Shown: in pieces, positions 59,041-64,000 of the stretch
Position numbering within the stretch: position 1 is the first letter of the stretch
Layout of the letters: every line of letters starts with the position of its first letter
From: Bacteroidales bacterium
GTDB taxonomy: Bacteria; Bacteroidota; Bacteroidia; Bacteroidales; Tenuifilaceae
Assembly: GCA_028708425.1 (NCBI GenBank)
Contig: JAQVYY010000008.1
Coordinates: 7,799-71,798 of the forward strand
Reading direction: 5' to 3'
DNA length: 64,000 nt
Program-made: the position numbers and the translations under genes
Notes under the pieces: generated by a model
What the model saw: only the letters and a program-made list of their open reading frames with translations
Told to the model about the DNA's origin: nothing
Databases searched by the model: none

Positions 59041-59175
59041 GCACACAGCATGGGTTTTGCTTTAGGCGGTGGGACGTGCAAACTTGATGTTTTGCGCTTC
59101 TATTTAAATTTTTTGCTGGCTCACAGTCTTGTGTTCCGAAACCCGCCCGAGCGTAAAACCCGGAAACCGTTAGTT
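59041..59175 (+). other. attC-like imperfect palindrome (135 bp)
   Basis: GCACACAGC...GGGTTTTGCTTTAGGCGG / CCGCCCGAGCGTAAAACCC...GTTAGTT; begins 27 bp after the chaperone stop. Confidence 0.55.
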
Positions 59176-59215
59176 TAACAACATATTGAAACTCTAATTC
59201 CGTAAACCTAGTACT

Positions 59216-59785
59216 ATGCTCGAGTGGATTTTGAATTTAGATACGCAGCTTTTCCTTTTCTTAAACGCGCTGCACACCCCTTTTTTCGACCCCATAATGA
59301 TTTTTATGTCGGGTAAGTTAACGTGGTTACCCCTTTACCTAATCATTGTGCTATTTATGTATAAGCGCTTTGGGTGGCGATTTGTTTGGCCCCTGCTGGG
59401 GATAGCGTTGGTTGTTGTTTTGGCCGATCAAAGCTCGGTACATCTATTTAAGGATGTTTTTCAGCGTTTGCGCCCTTGTCGTAATCCTGATATTAAGGAC
59501 TTAATTTACTTGCCAACTGGGCGCTGTGCTGGTGGTAGGTTTGGTTTTGTATCATCGCATGCAGCTAATGTATTTGGTGTGGCAACTTGCTTGGCGTTGC
59601 TGATAAAAAAACGCTGGTTTTCCATTCTTATATTGATTTGGGCTGCCCTAGTTTCGTATAGCCGCATTTATCTTGGGGCGCACTACCCCGGCGATGTGAT
59701 CTTTGGCGCCATCCTAGGCGCTATTGTTGGCTACTCGGTATGGAATTTGCTCTATGGTATAAACCGCGTAAAGCCAATACTGTAG
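59216..59785 (+). CDS. PAP2 family phosphatase
   Basis: KDVFQRLRP, FVSSHAAN and SRIYLGAHYPGD motifs. Confidence 0.92.
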   Translation: MLEWILNLDTQLFLFLNALHTPFFDPIMIFMSGKLTWLPLYLIIVLFMYKRFGWRFVWPLLGIALVVVLADQSSVHLFKDVFQRLRPCRNPDIKDLIYLPTGRCAGGRFGFVSSHAANVFGVATCLALLIKKRWFSILILIWAALVSYSRIYLGAHYPGDVIFGAILGAIVGYSVWNLLYGINRVKPIL

Positions 59786-59802
59786 GGCAAAATATTGTTT
59801 TG

Positions 59803-59893
59803 TTAGTCGAGCCCAATTTTGGGTAACAAGATTTGGGTAAGAGGTTTACTTGCTGTTGGAAATCCCAATTATTCGAATTAATAATTGGGGTTA
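59803..59893 (+). mobile_element. MITE-like repeat family 1, copy 14 (right module only, degenerate)
   Basis: TTAGTCGAGCCCAATTTTGGG...AATAATTGGGGTTA. Confidence 0.75.
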
Positions 59894-60033
59894 AAGTAAC
59901 CCTGGAGTTGTTTCATTCCCAAAACATGTAGGTAAGTTAGTAGTTAATTGTTTATATTTGCATAGTACGCAACGCATAGCAACTTATGTAAATTTTTTGT
60001 ATAGTTACCGAGAATCTTTAACTTTCCAAGCAT

Positions 60034-61251
60034 ATGGCTCGCATGTCCTCAACAAAGGAGTTCCCTTTTTCAAAGGGATTACTTCCTCAGGAAGAAACCC
60101 TAGAAATTGGCAGGCAAAATAAGAAGTTGATTATTGGTATCCCTAAGGAGACCGATGAAACCGAGAGTAGGATTCCTCTTACCCCCGAAGCGGTTGAGCT
60201 TCTTGTAAATTGTGGGCACGAAATTATCATTGAAAGAGGAGCCGGTAACTTGGCAAACTATTCGGACCGCGAGTATAGCGAAAAGGGTGCGCGAATTGTT
60301 GAATCGAGCCGTGAAGTGTTTCAGGCAGAAATAGTTTTAAAAATTTCACCCCTTTTACCCTCAGAAATTAATATGCTCACCGAGAATCAGGTGGTAATCA
60401 CATCGTTACTTTTAACCCCAGCTGCTGGGCAGCAAATTAAGGGGCTTATTAGCAAGAAAGCCACAGCCATAGCCTTTGAAAGCATACGCGATGCCGATGG
60501 CGATTACCCGGTGGTGCGAGCCATGAGTTCAATTGCCGGAAGCACCTCAATTCTTGTGGCGGCAGAGTACCTTAGCAATGTGAATAAGGGTAAGGGTGTA
60601 ATGCTGGGCGGCGTGTCGGGGATAACCCCAACCGAGGTGGTTATTTTGGGTGCAGGTTGGGCTGGTGAGTTTGCCGCCCGTGCAGCAATTGGACTGGGGG
60701 CAAACGTGAAACTTTTCGACGATTCCATAAGGCGCCTTATGGAGGTGCAGGATATTTTGGGGCAGCGTTTGTATACCTCAATTTTTCACCAGCAGGTGCT
60801 TGAGCGTGTGCTAAAAACTGCCGATGTGGTAATTGGGGCAATACAACCTCAGGAAACCAAGGGTAGGCTTATTATTACCGAAGAGCAGGTTAAGCTGATG
60901 AAGAAAGGGGCTGTTATAGTTGACCTTAGCATTGATAAGGGGGGATGTTTCGAAACATCGGAGGTGCGAAATCATAAGAACCCAGCTTATGAAAAGTATG
61001 GGGTAATTCATTACTGCGTACCCAATATCACTGCAAGGGTGGCACGTACCTCATCCATTGCCATGAGCAATGTTTTTAATCCAATTATTTCCGAGATAGC
61101 CGAAACGGGAGGTGTAAAGCAGCACCTAAAAGAGGATGCAGGGTTGCGACATGGCGTGTATGTTTACAATGGAATTCTAACCAATAGCTATTTGGGCGGG
61201 CTTTACAATATCCCATCAAGGGATATTAATTTACTGATGGCCGCTTTTTAG
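60034..61251 (+). CDS. ald: Alanine dehydrogenase (Bacteroidota type)
   Basis: IGIPKE...RIPLTP, VDLSIDKGGCFETS and IHYCVPN motifs. Confidence 0.9.
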   Translation: MARMSSTKEFPFSKGLLPQEETLEIGRQNKKLIIGIPKETDETESRIPLTPEAVELLVNCGHEIIIERGAGNLANYSDREYSEKGARIVESSREVFQAEIVLKISPLLPSEINMLTENQVVITSLLLTPAAGQQIKGLISKKATAIAFESIRDADGDYPVVRAMSSIAGSTSILVAAEYLSNVNKGKGVMLGGVSGITPTEVVILGAGWAGEFAARAAIGLGANVKLFDDSIRRLMEVQDILGQRLYTSIFHQQVLERVLKTADVVIGAIQPQETKGRLIITEEQVKLMKKGAVIVDLSIDKGGCFETSEVRNHKNPAYEKYGVIHYCVPNITARVARTSSIAMSNVFNPIISEIAETGGVKQHLKEDAGLRHGVYVYNGILTNSYLGGLYNIPSRDINLLMAAF

Positions 61252-62052
61252 CTAGTATTGCGGAACAAAAAGGTAGGTAATACTCCCCTTTTGCCGCGAC
61301 GGGGCAATACCCGATACGGTGAAAATGCTTTTTTTTGCAGCTGCAATGGCTGCTCTGTTTATACAATCATCAATTACTGAACTTGCAGCATCAATGCTAG
61401 CATGGCTAACCGTGCCATTGCGAAGAACTTCAATGTCAACAACCACACGACCGCCATTCTCGCATTTGTACGATGGCACCGGTAAGCGCATGGCTTTTCT
61501 ATCTTTCAGAAAGTAGCTGATAACCGATGGCCCTTTAAATTGCGTTTCGTCCTGTTCGGGTATAATCTTTTCTTCAACATTTGGAATTTCTTCGGTTAGC
61601 ACATCCTGTTCCTCTTCCCATCTTTGTCGGTTTTCTTCCATTTGTTCCCTAATACGCTCGGCTTCTTGGTACAGCTCGTCAGCATCAATATTTTTTTCAT
61701 CGGTAAGCCCCGCGTTTAGGTCGTCTTTGGTAGCATCAATGGCAATGTTTTTTATTGCCTCGTACTCTTTTGTGGGGTCGAGAGCATCATCGGGAAGTAG
61801 AGGTTCTTTCTCTTCGGGTGGTGGCTCGGGTAGTATTTCGTACTGTCTTTCGAAGTCAACGTTAACCTCTGCGTAGCGTATGTTCGAACTTCCGCTTAGC
61901 TCTAGGATGAAGAACAGAATGGCGAGCACAAGGTTAAACGCAATGGTGCCAAGTATTCCAACTTTATGTTTATTCCAAAACACAAAAAAGCGATGTGCAA
62001 CAGCATCGAGCCATATCTCGAAACGGTCAAACTTGTTGGACGTGTTGGTCAT
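61252..62052 (-). CDS. TonB-like energy-transducer protein (single TM, acidic linker, TonB_C-like domain)
   Basis: N-terminal TM, PEPPPEE linker, GGRVVVDIEV..NG and QKGSITYLF motifs. Confidence 0.65.
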   Translation of the reverse strand: MTNTSNKFDRFEIWLDAVAHRFFVFWNKHKVGILGTIAFNLVLAILFFILELSGSSNIRYAEVNVDFERQYEILPEPPPEEKEPLLPDDALDPTKEYEAIKNIAIDATKDDLNAGLTDEKNIDADELYQEAERIREQMEENRQRWEEEQDVLTEEIPNVEEKIIPEQDETQFKGPSVISYFLKDRKAMRLPVPSYKCENGGRVVVDIEVLRNGTVSHASIDAASSVIDDCINRAAIAAAKKSIFTVSGIAPSRQKGSITYLFVPQY

Positions 62053-62080
62053 TAACTCAATTTCTGTTTAGTACAAAAAT

Positions 62081-62113
62081 AGTAAACCCAAGGTTAAATC
62101 CCTTAGGTTTACT
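62081..62113. terminator. Probable bidirectional intrinsic terminator
   Basis: AGTAAACCCAAGG / CCTTAGGTTTACT flanked by A and T runs. Confidence 0.55.
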
Positions 62114-62185
62114 GTTTTTTTGGTTGCGTACGGTAAGGTGTAGGCTTTAATGTTAACCTACTCTAGGTAAGTTATGGTATCTACC

Positions 62186-62333
62186 TAACCCCAATTATTC
62201 ATTCAAATAATTGCTGTCTCCAACAGCGACTAAGTCTCACAACCAATCTAGTTGTCCAAAATTGGGCTCGACTATGTCGGGGTAACCCGCATTTGTATTC
62301 ATCTTTTACAAATTTGATGAATAATGCGGGCTA
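62186..62333 (-). mobile_element. MITE-like repeat family 1, copy 15
   Basis: Reverse-complement near-consensus copy; TA at both ends. Confidence 0.9.
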
Positions 62334-62352
62334 AATTGTGGCGCTTGCTTTA

Positions 62353-63192
62353 TTATTGATAACCCTTTACAATTTGCTCGGCAAAGCTGTCGATAGTTTT
62401 TGAGTCGGTGGCACCGTAAAAATCGTAGTAGTACTCAATAAGATACTTCTTAATCTCGTTATCCTCCATTTTTTGTCGTTTTAGGATGGGGATAATGGTA
62501 TTAAACTCTTTTACCAATTCATCCTTATCAACAAAAACAAGGGTAAAGCGGGTAATTTCATTTCCTTGTTTAGTAGTGTTTTCGTACTCGTAAACGGCAA
62601 GGTTCGATATTTCGTTTCCACTTATTGAGCCAACGCTGCTGGTAAAAAGTTGATCCTTTTCAACTAGAAGTGTTTGCTCGTTGTGTCCAATCTTTTTTGA
62701 AACCGGGCTGTTATCAACCCTGTAATAAAAAACGATAAATTTATCGTCAGTCAAGGGGTATTTCTTGTCGTTAAGCGGTACGTTAACCGCATCGCCAATA
62801 ACCGAGAACTTGTCGTTGCCAAAGTACTGTCGCAAATCCGAGATTTCTTGTTCTGCTGGGTTAAAATGGGCAAGCATAAGGCTACGCATACGGGTAGGTT
62901 TTGCTGCTTGTTTAACCGTTGAGGTTAGCATTTGTGGGTCGGCTGATAGCTGCGAGTCTTGAATTTTAATTTGGTATCTGTTTAAGTCGCTGCCAATGGT
63001 AATTACGTAACTTTCAAGGCTTTCGAAAAGCAGGAATTCATCGGGATTCAGAACGTCTCCGGCAACCACATTCTCGCCAGAGCCCAGAATTGTAACGTTA
63101 CCATTAACGCGGGTAACGTTGTAAACGTCCTGTGCATAAGTATTTATGCTCAGGAATAGTAGCATCGAGATAATGATTTTTGCTGTTTTCAT
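62353..63192 (-). CDS. Hypothetical secreted protein
   Basis: 279-aa ORF with signal peptide. Confidence 0.7.
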   Translation of the reverse strand: MKTAKIIISMLLFLSINTYAQDVYNVTRVNGNVTILGSGENVVAGDVLNPDEFLLFESLESYVITIGSDLNRYQIKIQDSQLSADPQMLTSTVKQAAKPTRMRSLMLAHFNPAEQEISDLRQYFGNDKFSVIGDAVNVPLNDKKYPLTDDKFIVFYYRVDNSPVSKKIGHNEQTLLVEKDQLFTSSVGSISGNEISNLAVYEYENTTKQGNEITRFTLVFVDKDELVKEFNTIIPILKRQKMEDNEIKKYLIEYYYDFYGATDSKTIDSFAEQIVKGYQ

Positions 63193-63262
63193 ATTTGTGT
63201 ATTTTTAGTTTCCACTTTCAAATAGTTTTCTTACAAGACTTGTACCAAAGTAGTAAAGATCA

Positions 63263-63613
63263 CTAATTATAAAGCTCTTTTTGCTTGTATTTTGGGAGTG
63301 ATGAAATAGTTAGGTTGTACGATTGGAGTATCCATTCTTTTAAAACGCCGGGTTTAATGCTTCCATCAATAAGTACCGTGTTCCAGTGTTTTTTATTCAT
63401 GTGATAACCTGGGGTGACGGAGTCGAACTCTTCTCTTAGTTCCAGCGCTTGCTTGGGGTTACATTTTAAGTTAATGGAGTGGGGTTTTTCTAGGTTAAGC
63501 AAGGCGTATATTTTATTACCAACCTTAAATACCAGTGTTGTCTCGTTAAACGGAAAGCCTTCCGTTGTATGCTTAAGCGATATGCAGAAGGCGCGTATAT
63601 CTTCTACATTCAT
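63263..63613 (-). CDS. MmcQ/YjbR family protein
   Basis: FPFNETTLVFKVGNK, NLKCNP and PGYHMNKKHWNT motifs. Confidence 0.93.
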   Translation of the reverse strand: MNVEDIRAFCISLKHTTEGFPFNETTLVFKVGNKIYALLNLEKPHSINLKCNPKQALELREEFDSVTPGYHMNKKHWNTVLIDGSIKPGVLKEWILQSYNLTISSLPKYKQKELYN

Positions 63614-63625
63614 TATGTGCCTTTG

Positions 63626-64000
63626 TTAAAGGGTTGGGGTAAAAGCATCGGGAATATGCTCGAGCTTATAATTTTTACCGTTATATGTAAGGCTAATTAC
63701 ATCGAACTGTACTTCAAAGTTTAGGTCGTATTGCTGAACGTAAGCGTCGGCGGCATCAATAATATTACGTTGCTTTCGCATTTTTACTGCATCTTTTGGC
63801 TCTTCCCAGCTATTATAAAATCGGGTTTTTACCTCAAAAACAGTAAGAGTACTATTTTTTAGGGCAACAATATCAAGCTCTTTTCGGTTGTAAAACCAGT
63901 TGGTATGCAGAATTCTATACCCATTGGCCTTGATGTACTCCTGAGCGTACGCCTCGCCATCCTTGCCAAGTTTATAATGTGGGGATATATTGCTATTCTT
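63626..64000 (-). CDS. YraN (UPF0102) family protein, 5'-partial at the window edge
   Basis: Manual translation: ...LGKDGEAYA...GYRILHTNW...ELDIVA...FEVKTR...QFDVI...HIPDAFTPTL*; not in the ORF track. Confidence 0.88.
   Translation of the reverse strand, partial: KNSNISPHYKLGKDGEAYAQEYIKANGYRILHTNWFYNRKELDIVALKNSTLTVFEVKTRFYNSWEEPKDAVKMRKQRNIIDAADAYVQQYDLNFEVQFDVISLTYNGKNYKLEHIPDAFTPTL

Noticed and set aside
483-62333. Family-1 repeats as a CRISPR array
   Set aside because: Copies are dispersed, ~148 bp, in both orientations, without regular spacers or cas genes
1-64000. Autonomous transposase, integron integrase, prophage, rRNA or riboswitch
   Set aside because: No ORF with DDE, HUH or tyrosine-recombinase motifs, no phage genes and no recognisable rRNA or riboswitch consensus were seen

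Overview
A 64-kb chromosomal window from a Bacteroidota bacterium, probably Bacteroidales-like (inferred from TAnnTTTG promoters, T9SS genes and gene order). It is mostly housekeeping genes: purE, purH, mreBCD-mrdA-rodA, sppA, folK, tRNA-Glu, rpsT, radC, upp, folE, methylmalonyl-CoA mutase, recQ, ispH, cmk, porQ, hpt-adk-obgE and ald. Five things stand out. (1) A translationally coupled HigB/RelE-like toxin, XRE antitoxin and SecB-like chaperone (TAC) operon at 57586-59014. It is bounded by an upstream GTTRRRY core site and a downstream 135-bp attC-like palindrome, so it looks like a solo integron-type gene cassette; no integrase is present in the window. (2) A ~148-bp, TA-flanked, multi-hairpin MITE-like repeat present 15 times in intergenic DNA. 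(3) A second MITE family with perfect 9-bp target-site duplications and REP-like cargo, one copy nested inside a copy of the first family. (4) An uncharacterised operon of a fused double-DUF1538 membrane protein and a protein with three tandem PII-like domains. (5) Smaller items: a truncated GxxExxY gene inside the mut operon, a third repeat family of fixed 58-bp length, and two single-base frameshifts. All family assignments come from motif recognition by eye; no database search was run.
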